Assembly (NCBI RefSeq): GCF_009914755.1
Contig: NC_060944.1
Direction: 5' to 3' (one strand)
From: the human T2T-CHM13v2.0 reference genome, Homo sapiens
Length of the DNA: 64,000 nt
Below are positions 13,339 through 28,676 of this stretch, piece by piece (position 1 is the first letter of the stretch; every line of letters starts with the position of its first letter). The position numbers and the translations under genes were made by a program. Under the pieces are notes generated by a model. The model saw only the letters and a program-made list of their open reading frames with translations. It was not told where the DNA came from and did no database searches.

Positions 13339-13659
13339 CTACAAAAGGAGCATCGATAAACAGGAGACATGACTGAGATGACCATCACTAATGATGAGTG
13401 TGTGACATGTTAAGAACCTTCATGGACATTAGTTTTTAATCCTTCTAATAATGTGGAGAGGGTGGTGTCCTCATTTTACCGACCAGGCTGGAAAGGCTCT
13501 GAGAGGTGAGGAAGTCCAGACCTGAGTTCAAAGTTCTCCTCTCTAAACAGGGTGACTTCCACCAATCTGGGCACAGGAACAAAGTTACTGATTGGTCTCC
13601 CTCTGTGTATGGACTGGTCCTAGCCTGCCTCCCCTGGAGAGTTCACCAATCTCAGAGAG

Positions 13660-14168
13660 TGCCGAGACCAGCTCGGTCAGGGAGACCCTAACCCAGCGGC
13701 GCTAGAGGAATTAAAGATACATAGAAAGTATAGAGGTGTGGAGTGGGAAATCAGGGGTCTCACAGCCTTCAGAGCTGAGAGCCTTGAACAGAGATTTACC
13801 CACATATGTATTGACAGCAAGCCAGTGATAAGCATTTTTTCTATAGATTATAGATTAACTAAAAGTATTCCTTATGGGAAATAAAGGGATGGGCCGAAGT
13901 AAAGGGATGGGTCTGGCTAGTTATCTGCAGCAGGAGCATGTCCTTAAGGCACAGATCGCTCATGTTGTTGTTTGTGGTTTAAGAACGCCTTTAAGTGGTT
14001 TTCCACCCTGGGTGGGCCAGGTGTTCCTTGCCCTCATTCCAGTAAACCCACAACCGTCTGGAGTGGGCATCATGGCCATCACGAACATGTAACAGTCTGC
14101 AGAGATTTTGTTTATGGCCAGTTTTGGGGCCAGTTTATGGCCAGATTTTAGGGGGCCTATTCCCAACA
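13660..14168 (-). mobile_element. MER9 (HERV-K9/HML-3) solo LTR
   Basis: Minus strand begins TGTTGGGAATAGGCCCCCTAAAATCTGGCCATAAACTGGCCCCAAAACTGGCC; 6-bp TSD agagag on both sides. Confidence 0.9.
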
Positions 14169-16239
14169 AGAGAGGGCATTTACAGAAGCCAATACAGGGA
14201 ACAATGGTGAAGTGGTGCCATTGTGAGAGCTGGAACCAGGCCGCTCAGCCCAGGAGACGGGTGGCCTGACACATCCAGCTCCTCTTCTGTAAAATAGGAC
14301 AGCATTTCTGCTTCCCGGGATGCAGTGAGGATTAAATGGGGCCCTGTTTGCTTTGGATCAAACACAGAGGATGCTTCATATAAGTGAACACAGTTCTATC
14401 TTTAACCCAAATTTCGTGAATACACCGAGATCTCTCTGAGGTATTTATGAATTTGTTCCATATAGTTCATTCTTTTCACAAATATTCCAGCAGGATCTGT
14501 GAAAGAAAATGAAGTAATTAAGGCTAAAGCTTTAACGAAGAGCCGAGAGTTTGTAAGAACATTGCACCCACACCTGCTAAAGGTCAAGCCACAGGATGTT
14601 GCTGTAGATCTGAGTAACAACTGAAGTCAAGGTACGTGGGATTTTGATCTCTCTCATCCTGGAGTACTTTAAGTAACCAATGAAAACAGGTTTGCAGTTT
14701 AGAATTTTTGCCCAGCCATTGAATTGTCTCCAAAACCAACTTTTTTGAAAATCCCCTATACAAAACCTTTCCCGCACTGCTGTATGAGACTCTATTCAGC
14801 ACTTCTCTGACTCTGTATACCCAAAGTACAATTCTTTATTTCCCAAATAAATGCTATTTCTTTTGGCTTTTCGGCCAATCATTTGTTGTTGTTGTTGTTG
14901 TTGTTAGCAGGCCTAATTTGTGCCAAGTGCTGCCTTTCCAAAGAGGGAACGTTTTTGGAATCTGGGTCTTCAGTTGGGTCAGGTTTGGGTTGACAAACAA
15001 GATCACTGAGTACTGAGAAAGCCAAAGGTGGTTAATGTTTTCATCATTAGTTAACTACAAGAAACACAGACCCAGGCCATCTAAGCAGGCAGGCACTCAT
15101 CCTGCGTCCTGAAAGCACACAGATTAGAGAATCAGAAAAATGAAGGCAGTTTCTTTCCATAGAGAGGTCCTAAAGGGCACCTCCAAATTGTGAATTACTA
15201 CCCTACATCTTCTACAACAATCACCAGGAAGCATATATCACACATATTTGCCTTTGTACATATTAACCTGCTCCCTAACATGTGTCAGACATTTTGAGGG
15301 CACAGTAAAGAGGGTGTCACTTGAAGAAGAGAAGTTATCAAGATACCACCAGCATGGCGACCCTAACGGGATGAGAGGATGTAATCAATTTCCATTTATG
15401 GGAGCCTGATGCTGCCTGCTCCCTCTATACCTCTCTTTAATCTTTTTAACCCCCCTCCATCCCTGTGAGGGGGTCCTAATGTGAGCCCCTTTATAGGATG
15501 AGGCTCAGAGAGGAGGCCCGGCTGGCCAAGGACCAAAAGTGGACACAAACCCCACCCTGGTAAGATAAGAGAAGACAAGTGAAAAGCACAGAGCCTGGCA
15601 TGTCGTAGGTGCTTAACAAATGACCCCTGTGACTGTTTTCAGGAGGTTTGGTCATTACTGCTTCTAAATCTACACATTTATCCTTTAGGCAGCAGAACAA
15701 AGAGGAGCAGAAACACCGAGAAAAGGCTCAAACCCTGCTCCCTGCGGCTCATGACAAACCCAAATGACAAAAGGAGCAGAAACCACCAAGTGAGGATTCT
15801 CTCCCCTTTTCTGAACAATCCCCTCAGGAAACAAGTTTGGCAAATTGGCTTTCAAAACACAAACAAGATCACAGATGCTTCCCTCCAGAGGAGCTATTTA
15901 CAGAAGCTGGAAGCATTTTGGAAGGAATAGGAAACAGATTCCTCCATGACATCTTCGTGTGTGGAGGCAGGGAGGCTCCTGGGGCTGAGGAGTGAGGATT
16001 TGCTGGGATTTCAGTGCTGTTTAAACACAAACTTGTTAAAGTTGTTCCCAACACTGAGGCTGGGATCTGAGCAGGACTTAGACCAGGCTTCTCCTCCTTG
16101 TCCCCTAAGGCCTGCTCCATGGGAAGGGTCCTGGCCAGGCCACTGGGGCCTTCTGAGATGTCTCTGGCCCATGTTATTCTGAAGCATCCACATCCAGAAA
16201 AGCTGCTGTCAATGCTCAACACAATGGAGGACCACTTTT

Positions 16240-16420
16240 GCTAGGGGGCTGTGTATTAGAATCTTCTGGAGTCACTGAGAACTTTGCATGCCCAGGCTCA
16301 TGTCAGACCAATTAAACTGGCATTTTTTTTTAGGAGGGAGCCTTGGGCTGGATTTAAATTTTTTTTTTTTCAAATTTCCCAGATGATTCTAATGAGCAGC
16401 CAAGATCGAAAGCCACCAGA
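16240..16420. mobile_element. MER5-like hAT-Charlie fragment
   Basis: 'cccaggctca...agaccaattaaa...cccagatgattctaatgagcagccaag' motif. Confidence 0.55.
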
Positions 16421-17796
16421 CCCCACCCCAAACCCCATGTATCCTTGAGGCCTGGAGAAGCACTGACCCATCTGAGGTCTCATAGCTTCGACATCACACA
16501 GTTCATATTTATGGAACATTTACTGCACTCCAGGTGCTGCTCTGAGCATTTAAAAGGATTTAACTCCTTCAGTTTCTGTCCCCAGTCTGTGAGGTCAGTG
16601 TTATCATCAACAGGTGCGGACACTGAGACTCACTGTGGTAGAGCACCTTGTCCCAGGTCACAGAGCCAGGAAGTACCAGAGCCCGGAAGTGGCCCAGGCA
16701 GTTGGGCTCCTGCCTGCCCTGCACTAACCACTGTTCTGCGGAAGCTCAGTAATAACCTGAACAACACCACCATTCAGGACTCTGTGCACATCCTCTCCCA
16801 TCCTCACAGAACCCAGAGTGGGTTTGGTGCATGATTATCAGCATTGCACAGATAGGGAAACTGGGGACTCAAGGGAAGGCAAGACTGGCCCAAGATCACA
16901 AGAAATAACAGCTTGATTTAGGGGTGCCTACAATGTGCTAGGTGATTTACAGAGAGAACCTCAAATCCTATCCCCTCTCCTAAAGGAGTCGTGATGATCA
17001 CCATTTTACAGATGAGGAAACTGAGGCTGAGAGAAATGAAGGCACTGCCTCCTTGTCCTCCATGTGTCCCAGTGGGCACTTCCTGTGTCCTACCAAGCAC
17101 TCATGTCCATTAACAGAGCAAGTGCCCTGAATTCTTGAGCCCCAACACTGACTGCACACCCAATTGTCCCTTTGAGATTCTTGACTTTATGCAATTCTAG
17201 AGAGAAGCCTCCCTCCTGGGTGCCCGGGCCCAGATACCCTGTAGCCATAAAACACTATGGGCTCCTGACAGCCCAAGGGGAGAATGGAAACTCTTGCTTA
17301 CAGTGGCCCCACTCACCCACTACGAAATACCTCATCTCCTCATCCTTAGTCCTCAGCACCAAGAAGGGGTGGGCACGTGCTCTGCTGGGCTGCAGGAGGC
17401 CCGACTTTGCTCCACAGATGCTGCTGAGTGAAGGAGAAACAGCACAACATGGGGGAAGAGTCCTAAATGCTTCATGTGTGCTGAGACCTGTCCTTTAGGA
17501 ACAGGCTTGACATATAATGAGCCATCTGCAGAACCTTTCTAAAGAGAGTGTAAAGCCAGCCCCTCCTACCCCTACAGGACTTTTTTTGTTTGTTTGGTGT
17601 TGAATGCTTTTTGCTGTAAAACAGAGCAATGCAAGAGTTTAGAATGAGGTTAGAGCATTTCTTCACACTTTAAAAAGCATAGCTGAGGGTTGCAGAGACA
17701 GGGGCTGTGAGTCAGGCTGGGTTGGGATCAGACCTTGGCTCCCTGACCTGCTCACCACTCAGGTCTCCTCTCTGAGCTTTAGTGCCTCATCTTTAA

Positions 17797-18036
17797 CCCA
17801 TACCCTGTTTGCTCCAAGAATACTCTTGTCTCTAATTCTAATGTAACATCAAGTACATTTCTGTTACATTAGGATTAGAGACAAGTTCTGTTTAGAAATA
17901 ACTCCAAGAACAGTTTTTATATTTTATTTTCACAATGAAAATCAGTCAGATTTGCTTCAACCTCAAAGAGCATGTTTGTGTAAAATTAAATGAGCTCTGG
18001 CAGTGAGCTGCACTGTTTTTTTTCTTTCTAAGTGGG
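17797..18036 (+). mobile_element. MER75B piggyBac-family non-autonomous element
   Basis: TTAA|CCCAT...TGGG|TTAA termini and the internal inverted repeat cttgtctctaat...attagagacaag. Empty sites in the paralogs near 37686 and 62116. Confidence 0.88.
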
Positions 18037-18803
18037 TTAAAAGAGGCAACAAGTGGCTCCTCCTTCCTAGAACTGGTTATGAGGAGACTCTGGCACAGCT
18101 GCTGCTCCCTGCTTCCCTCCCTGCCTCCCTCCTTTCTCATCCAGGGATCAATTAGGCTGATAATATGGCAAAGAGGAGTGAGCACTTCACTAGGAAGTAG
18201 CAGATTGGGGTCACACCTGAGCCACTTACTCGATGTGATTGCCTAGGGTGGGAATGCATCAACTGGGAACTTGCGTCTTTATCTGTAATAACTGCAAAAT
18301 CAGGATAAAGCCCCCTTCTCCATCTATGTTTAAGGGTTGTTAGGAGTCTCGATTGCTAATGATCTAGGAAGGAAATTAGGCAGTGTTCTTACATATGAAA
18401 ACACACACACCCTCTGACCTAGCAATGCCACCTCCAGTGGGCATTTGTCACCTGAGTAGGATAACACATGTACAAGGTCACCCACTGCAGGGTTCTTTTA
18501 ATAGTTCAACATTGGGAGCAACTTACATATTTATCAACAGAATACTGTAAAACAAATTTGATATTTTCATAAATTGGACTATTCTGCAGCTGTCAAAGAG
18601 TGGAACAGCTCTCTATGTCCTGACGTGGAATCTCAATAAGGAATGATAGGGTTTATGTTTGGAAGAGTTTTTCCAATCACCAATGGGCTTTAGTGTCTGA
18701 ATGTGAGGTGCATTCTGAGCCTTTGGGAAACCGATGAAAAGGAGAATTGCTGGCTCTTCGGTCAGTGGTTTTGTTTAAGGAGCTTTTATTTAGCTCCTCG
18801 AAC

Positions 18804-19037
18804 ATAGTCCGTGTTGTTTCTCTTCGTCTAGTCTGAAATAGTTGTTACCTGGGGAAAGTAGCCTTCTCTTGGACTGTAGATTAATTCGTGGCCTGGTCCA
18901 GCTCCTCTGAACCACTGGACAGGCCCCACAGGGAACAGGGAGGTCGCAGTGCAGTGCAGAGTGGACATCTCTCCAGCTGCGACTGACATGAACTTCTCAG
19001 GCTGAATCACCTGCAACTCCTCCTTAGCTTTCACTTT
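18804..19037 (-). pseudogene. Unit A IgV exon, 3'-truncated
   Basis: [72 protein letters not shown], then homology jumps into the intron. Acceptor degenerate; TAG at 18830-18828. Confidence 0.93.
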
Positions 19038-19201
19038 CATGACAAAGCAGTCATTTATTCATCCTTACATGATCCTGTGTGTTTCCTCATGTGTATCAAA
19101 GACTTTCATTGATCGAGTGCATATCAGGAGCAGAGCTTGAGCTCAGCACATTGCATATATTATCTCATTTAACCTTCACAACAAGCCTGTAGCTTGTTGT
19201 G

Positions 19202-19351
19202 ACATGAGACTGTATTAGAAGTGAGGACAATGAGGCACAGAGAGGTTCAATTTTAAGATAGAGCTTAAACATGAGACTGTATTAGAACATGAGACTGTAT
19301 TAGAAGTGAGGACAATGAGGCACAGAGAGGTTCAATTTTAAGATAGAGCTT
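19202..19351. repeat. Perfect local duplication (65 + 2 + 18 + 65 nt)
   Basis: 19202-19266 equals 19287-19351; 19269-19286 repeats the first 18 nt. Confidence 0.95.
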
Positions 19352-20404
19352 TGGGTTGAGGACCTGAATGGAGCTCCTGAGCCCTCTTTGGAAGTGTCAT
19401 ACTTTGCTAAATATTTTTGCCTTCACTTTCTGGCCATATGGAGTATTGCAATTTCTGGACCATTTCATTGACTGAGGTCATGTAACTGCTTTAGACCATT
19501 GAGTCATGAGTAGAAATGATGAGCATAATACGTGGACTGTGCATTCAAATGCAAGAACCTCTATGGATCACCTTCTCCCTTCCGCAGAGACCCACAAGGC
19601 TCTGATGGAGTCTGCTCCATCAGCCTGGATTCCTGAGTGACAGTGACATGCAGAATCCCCAACACACCATGAAGATGCAGCTTAAAAAGAAATAACATTG
19701 TTTTAAGCCCCTGGGAATTTTTCACCCATAGCATAAGTTTCCTAATGCTGATACGACTAATTACCAAAACTTGGTGTGTTACAACAAAAGAAATGTATCA
19801 TATTGTAGTTCTGGAATTCAGAAGCCCAAAATTGTGTGACTGCGTTACAATCAAGAAGAAAAGTCAAGTATGTAAAGGTGAAGAATAAAATGGTACTGAC
19901 CAGGGTGAAGTGCAGGGAGGTAATGGTGAGATACAGGTCAAAAAATACAAAATTGAAGATAGGTCAGATGAGGAAGTCCAGAGATCGAACATGCCATATA
20001 TCGACAACTAGAGTTAACAATATTGTATTGAATTTAGTATTTTTGCTTAAAGAGTATATTTCATGGGCTCTTGACACACACCCACATGCAGAGTAACTGT
20101 GAGATGATGGATATGTTCATTTGCTTGACTATAATAATCATTACACTATGTATATGTATAGGAAAGCATCATGTGGTACACCTTACATATATACAGTTTT
20201 TTAAAAAAACAGCTATGTTTTCTGGAGTCTCTGTTCTTTGCCTTTACTAATTCTGGAAGCTGGTAACATTTCTTTTCTCATAGTTACGTCTTCCCATCAC
20301 TCCAGCCTCTGGCTTGCATCCTCACATGTGCTTCTCTAACTCCTAATTTCCTGCCTCCTCCTTCTTATAAGGACTCATGTGATACACTGTGGGCCCACCC
20401 TGAT

Positions 20405-21420
20405 GCTAGACCAAGATGTTAAAACCACTGTCTTCAACACGTTCAAAGAGCTAAAGGAAACAATAGACAAACAACTAAAATAATTCAGGATTATGATACA
20501 GTAACAAAATAAGAACTGTAACAAAGAGAAATTATAAAAAGAAATCAAACGAGAACTTTAGAGTTGAAAGTATTACAACTAAAAGTTCATTAAAGAGGTT
20601 CTCTAACAAGTGAGCAGGTGGGAAAAAAATCAAGAAACTGGAAGATGAAATCATTGAAATTATTGAGAGTGAGGTATAGATACAACAAAAATGAAAGATA
20701 ATAGAATCTAAGGGAATGATGATACATTATCAAATCGATAAAAATACACATTACTAGAGTTCTGGGGGAAAAGAGAAAAAGAGAAAGGGGCAGAAGATTA
20801 TTGGAAGAAATCATGAACAAAATCTTCCCAAACTTGATAAAATACATGAATCTACAAGCTTAAGGTGCCAAGGAAACCCAAATTTAACTCAGCGATAAAG
20901 TCAAAGAGACCCACATTAAGACACATTATAATCCAACTGTCGACAATTAAAGTCAAGGAAAGAATTCTGAAAGCAGCAAAAGAGAAGCGATTCCTCTCAC
21001 GCGAGAGATCCTTGTAAGATTATCAGCTGAGTTCTTATCAGAAGCATTGGAGGCCACAAGACAGAGGAATGATATGTTTAAAATGCTGAAAGAGGAAAAA
21101 CCTATCAACCAAGAACTCTACACCTGGCAAACATCCTTCAAACACAAGGGAGAAATTAAGATATTCTCAGATAAATCCTCAGCCATGGATCCTTGCGTGA
21201 ATAGCACGATGTCTCCAGGCCCAGACTTCCCTGATCTGTAGAAGGGGTGGCATCAGGTCATGAAAATGAGCACCCACCACCACACCCAACTGGTGTGGTG
21301 AGAGTTTATGACCACTAAACCTTACCTACAAAAACGCTAAAAGGAGTGCTTTGGGTGGAAATGAAAGGATGCTACATGGCACTCAAAATTGTATAAGGAA
21401 ATAAAGATGTCCAGTTAGGT
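20405..21420 (+). mobile_element. Old L1M ORF1-region fragment (shared with unit B 41475-42360)
   Basis: 'agaattctgaaagcagcaaaagagaag...gattatcagctgagttcttatcagaagc'; ORF 21047 resembles ORF1p. Confidence 0.75.
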
Positions 21421-23691
21421 GTACATTTAAAAAATTCATATTTTCCTGATGCCTCAACATCCCTGAAACAAGCTGTGAGCACCCTACCAAATGACCAGGT
21501 ACAGCAGTGTGATAAAGCTGGTCCCTGCCACAATTCCCCTTTTTGTCCTCCTCTGCTGTGACCTAGTAGAGTAGTGGCATTAAAACATACCAGTGAATCC
21601 ATCATGGTTTTTGTGTCCTCCACCCTAACTCCCAGTAAGACACTTGCCTGGGGTTCCAATCTGTCTTGCTTCCCCATCTGCTTGGTTGAGCCTGCTTCAC
21701 GGAAGCTCCTTCCATATGGCTTCCTACCTGGCATGCCATACCCCACTCTCTGGGAACTATGAGTAGAATAAATTGTTCATCTTCATATGTCTCTCCAAAT
21801 GAAATTTTCACAGTCATGTTAGAGTGTTCTTTATAGACCCAATCAGCAGGACTTACTCTACCATTTTCAACACTAATGGCAATGAGAATGGGATCATTCT
21901 AAACTAGGGTGGAAAGTTCCTAGGAGATTCCCTTTGAATGCTCATGGCTTGCTAATTTGCTACTCTGATTGGCTCAACCATTTGGGAGATGCTATTACCC
22001 TGATGGCTTTCTTGTACTCTGCTTTCTTCAGCTTTGTGTTGCCTTTTGGGAGTGTTACCAAGACTCTCCATCCTAAAGTGGGGATCATGTCTCAATATCA
22101 ATAATGGCATCCACCTTTCTTCAGGAGCACAGAGATGACATTACATTGATAACAACATCTTTAAAACAGATTCATTTGACACACGTATTAATGTCATATA
22201 ATCCAACACCTTTAAGTTTCTGTTAAATGCTAGTGGCAACATATTCTTTTACACATCATCGAAAACAATACTCTTGTTAGTGCCTTCAAACAAACGGACA
22301 AACAAACAAAAATACCTCTTCTCTATAAAAATTTTGCCAACTTCTTTCATGCCTGTTGGAGTCTCTTCACCACTCATGTTGGCCATGAATTTCCCCAGGG
22401 CTTTTGATGCAGAAACAATGCCCCTCTTGGCCTCATCCTATATTCCATTAAAACAACAAATGACTGGTTACCTACTGGGATCCCCTGGTCTGGAGTACAG
22501 TTCTACAAGGCATACTTTCCTGTTGCAATCATTAACCATAAATTGTCCCACATCCAGGCTTTGCTCACCTGATATGAAGCGCATTGGAAACTAAGCTTCC
22601 ACTAGAACACAAAATTAAAATCACTGCCAGGTCCAGCTGCACACCATTCTGTTGACAGTTGGCATTATTACTGCTAGGTTTGTTAATGCAAAAATACTCA
22701 ACCAAATACTAGCAAACTGAATTGAATAGCATAGTAGAAGGATAATACACCATGAGCAGATAATAGTTATTCCTGAAATCCAAGGATGTTTCAGTAAACA
22801 AATGACAACAATGTAATGTACCATATTTATGGAATAAAGGGAAAAACACATGATTATCCATTTGATGCAGAAAAGCCTTTGACAAATGTGGCTATCTTTC
22901 TATGACAAAAATAATCAATAAAAGGAATATATGAAAACATTCAAAATTATAAGTCATATACTCATACTTTCTTGTTTTTTTGGCACTATCTAATTTACTA
23001 TTCACTGTCTAATTTACTATTTTATTTACCTCCTTATCATGGGTATTGGTTACTGTCATTCTCCAGTGGATATAAGGAACAAAAGGGAAACTACTTTTTC
23101 TATTTTATTCACCAGTGCACCCAACATTTCTATGTCAGGTCCTGGAACATAGTAGATATCCAATAAATATGTGTATAATGTGTGAATTGCTCAGTGGGAT
23201 ACTTTCTTAAGAGACTGAAATCTTTTATTTTAAATGGATTGTTTCTGTTGAATTTGGAGAAAATAAATTTCCCATGTAGATGAGTTGGTGAAGAAAAAAT
23301 CAATTTGCAATCATACAGAAAGCAGAAGAGCCCAGGAGAAGAAAACTACACATCCTCTTCCTCATACCACACCCCTGCACACACTCATACTAGCAGCAGC
23401 TGCAGAAATCTCATGGAATAGAATCAGGGCCAGAAGTATTTGGGAAGAGTAATGGTGAAAACTGTGATCTCTAGATTAAGAGTGCCTGAGCTCAAATCAT
23501 AGCTCTGCCAATTACCAATGAATGACCTTGGAATGCTTTGTGCTTCTGTTTCCTTATCTATGTGTGTGTGTGGTGGGGGGCAGGGGGTGATAAGAATCTC
23601 TACCTTGGATATAATGATCATCCAAAGTAAGAGCTGTAAGATGTTTCCAACAGTGTCTGCCACATGGAGGGTGTTCAAAAATTATAAAGTT

Positions 23692-24005
23692 GGCCAGGCA
23701 CAGTGGCTCAAGCCTGTAATCCCAGTACTTTGGAAGGCTGAGGTGGGCAGATACCTGAGGTCAGGAGTTTCAGACCAGCCTGGCCAACATGGCAAAACCC
23801 TGTCTCTACTAAAAATAAAAATAAAAAAATAGCTGAGGGTGGTGGCACACCCCTGTGGTCCCAGCTATTCAGGAGGCAGAAACATGGCAATCACTTGAAC
23901 CCAGGAAGCAGAGGTTGCAGTGAGCTGAGATCGCAACACTGCACTCCAGCCTGGGTGACAGAGTGAGACCTTGACTCAAAAAAATGAATAAATAAATAAA
24001 ATAAA
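23692..24005 (+). mobile_element. AluS
   Basis: Full dimer with an (AATA)n tail; absent from unit B. Confidence 0.9.
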
Positions 24006-24459
24006 GTTTTTACTCAGTAGATTTCCTGAAGCTTGGAGGCTTCAATGGACATTAGATGATGAGGATATAGGTATGACTATGGATATGGATATAACTAATA
24101 TAACTATAGATATAGTTACTATATAGATATAGATGCTATAGGCCGAAGTTTCTGCAACTTTATCCACTTCTTTCTTCCTCACACCTACCCTTCATGAAAG
24201 TGGGAACACTAATAGAGTAATGCATGGAAGTTCTATTTTGAGGGACTATGCATTTTACCAAGAGGTTTGCTTATCTATTGCTTATCTTAACAGATTGGGG
24301 GACTCTGAGGGGTAAGATCAGAGAAGTAAAAAAGAAGAGAGAGTGTGGGCAACAGGGAAAACCAAATATCTCTTTAATGTGCATTTCATATAGACTAAGA
24401 AATGGTTAGAAGGAAATAATAAGAAAAGTCTTTTAAAAATCCTGTGTGTGTTTCGCATA

Positions 24460-26450
<1,991 letters not shown>

Positions 26451-27396
26451 CTTTTCTGAGACATTTCATTGCAAATAAAAAGATAACAATAAATGTGAAA
26501 TCTTATGTACATGTATGTACACTTATAGTCACTTATACACACATATGTATATATGTATACATATATACACATGCATTCACAAATATATATAAAAGTTTGT
26601 TCTGTCATTATACTATATACAGATGTTTTGTGCATTAAATAAAATTATGAAACCTGTTAAAATCTCAGCAAAATATTTGGCACATAAAAGTCATCCAACA
26701 CATTTGTAACAAATGTTGGGAGTATATACACCAGCGTTTTAACTCTGAGTGTCACTTCTCTGACTGGTGTGATGGGTGATGATTATTCCTATGTTTACTT
26801 CCCTGCATGTGCTAATATTTCTACAAGTAGCATAACATGGCTAAAAGAATGAACTCTGGAGCTGGTCCACCTGGACTTGAATCCCAGCTGCTCCACTGAC
26901 TGAGGTAGGGGACAATGGACAAGCTCCTCCCTCTGCCTGACTCCTTGTTTTCAAATAGGAGTTAATAGGTGTAGCTTTCAAATAGGGATGTTGTGAGGAT
27001 TAGTAGAGTTAAGTAGAGTTAAAATACACAAATTACTAAGAACTGTGTCTACCTTGTAGGAAGAGCTCAACTGCTGAACTCTTACCACTGTCATTTGGGT
27101 AAAGTGTATATGTAAGAAAGATAATTTGAAAAGTGAGAACCTTGTCCTCTAGGACCTGTGAGGTGACTCACAGCAGGGGCCAGTGGGGAGCAGGGAGGCT
27201 GCTGTGCCCAGCCCTGTGATTCTGGGGTCAGCTCCCTGGCCTGAGTAGGGTGTGAGGACAGGCAGCCTGTCTGTGGGCTGTGAGCAGGGCTCTCCCAGGC
27301 TGCACCAGGAAAGGTCTTCCAATCCTGCCTGTCCTGGGGAAGGGAAAATAAATTCTCCATGGTAAAGTCGAAAGAACCAAGGTAGATTGTGGTACT

Positions 27397-27781
27397 TGTT
27401 ATGGGCTGAATGTGTCCCCCAAAATGCATGTGTTGAAGCCCCAGTCCCCAGAACCTCAGAATTTGACTGTATTTGGAGACAGGGTCTTTAAGAAGCTATT
27501 TAGTTACATGAGGTCATTGGGGGGGTCTTAATCTAATATGACTGGCGATCTCAGAAGAAGAGGAGATGAGGACACAGACACACACTGAGGGAAGAACACG
27601 TACTAAGACACAGAGCAGAGACGGCCATCTACGAGCCAGTAAGAAAGACCTCAGTACAGACTAACCCTGCCAACACCTTGATCTTGCATTCAGCCTCCAA
27701 AAGTGCAAGGAAGTAAATGTCTGTAATTTTAGCTGCCCAGTCTGTAGTAGTTTGTTATGCAAGCCCTAGGAAAGGATTACA
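27397..27781 (+). mobile_element. MLT1B-like MaLR LTR (shared with unit B)
   Basis: 'tgttatgggctgaatgtgtcccccaaaat...tttgttatgcaagccctagg'. Confidence 0.82.
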
Positions 27782-28474
27782 GGGCCCAGAAAGCAGCAAA
27801 TTCCTTCTTAAAGAGGAAGAGGGCACAAAAAAATGGGTGGTAACACTGAGATTACAGAGGAGTGGGAAGCAGGGGGAACAGAGGGCAAAGTATGCAGCAT
27901 CCTGAAGAAGGACAGTGGCTGAACATCCCCGGGAAACATTGCTCCCCTGCCCAACTCAGGCACTGTTTCAGACTTCACATCCTCAGGGTGCTGAACAGAG
28001 GGCTGAGCCTGGAGCCACACACCCTGTCAGGCTGTCTCTCAGCTCACTCTGTGGCCTTGGGCAGATGGTTTTGCCTCCTGGAGCCTCAAGGCTCCAGCCT
28101 CAAGGCTCCTGCTCCTCAGTTTGGGGCAGCAGAAGGGTTCCCAAAACCTACTGCTCAATATTTGACAGGAACCAGGTCTGCTTCTGGTAAGGATTTAAAT
28201 AATGATTCTTCTGTGTTTGTCAAATGAAATATTATTTTTAAAATGTAACTAATTATGGTGCTGGTTGAAGGATCACCTGATTCCATCCCTTGGTAGCCAG
28301 CTGCAGATCCACAGAGAAAGTGCTCAGCTCCCTGATCTTCTGCTCTCAGACAATGCCCAGTCCTTGACCTACCTTGGGAGCACTTGTGTTTGTCTGGAAT
28401 CCCTGAAAGCCCAGGGGCAGGGATTTCAGGGCTGCAAGCAGAGAGAAAGGGTTCTAGCCCAAGGCAGTGCTCAC

Positions 28475-28547
28475 CTGTGCATCCCAGCAGCAGAATCAGC
28501 AGCAGGAAAGGACCAGGAGGGTGGGGCCAGGAGGCTGGGATGGGTAT
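28475..28547 (-). pseudogene. Unit A leader exon with start codon lost (ATG>ATA)
   Basis: ATA CCC ATC CCA GCC TCC TGG... = (I)PIPASWPHPPGPFLLLILLLGCT G|GTGAG; 73 nt; donor intact. Confidence 0.93.
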
Positions 28548-28644
28548 CCTGAAGACCTCAGGAGCCTGCTCCGTCCAAATATCTGTGCTGGGGAGATGTC
28601 AAACTTCTCTGAGGAGAGAAGACAAGCACTGTCTCCCTTGATTC

Positions 28645-28655
28645 AAGAGGAAGTG
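28645..28655 (+). promoter_or_regulatory. PU.1/ETS site AAGAGGAAGTG, ~100 bp upstream of the unit A leader
   Basis: Positionally conserved with 50421-50430. Confidence 0.55.
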
Positions 28656-28676
28656 GCAATGATAGAGTACAACAGT

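Noticed and set aside
17825-17885. Long inverted repeat as a possible miRNA or novel ncRNA hairpin
   Set aside because: An intrinsic part of the MER75B element.
19202-19351. CRISPR-like repeat-spacer array
   Set aside because: Eukaryotic DNA with no unique spacers; it is a simple local duplication.
21450-22680. Possible old LTR plus internal retroviral relic (also 42750-43960; similar LTR-like signal at 14400-14900)
   Set aside because: LTR-like composition and AATAAA are present, but I could not assign a family or boundaries by eye.
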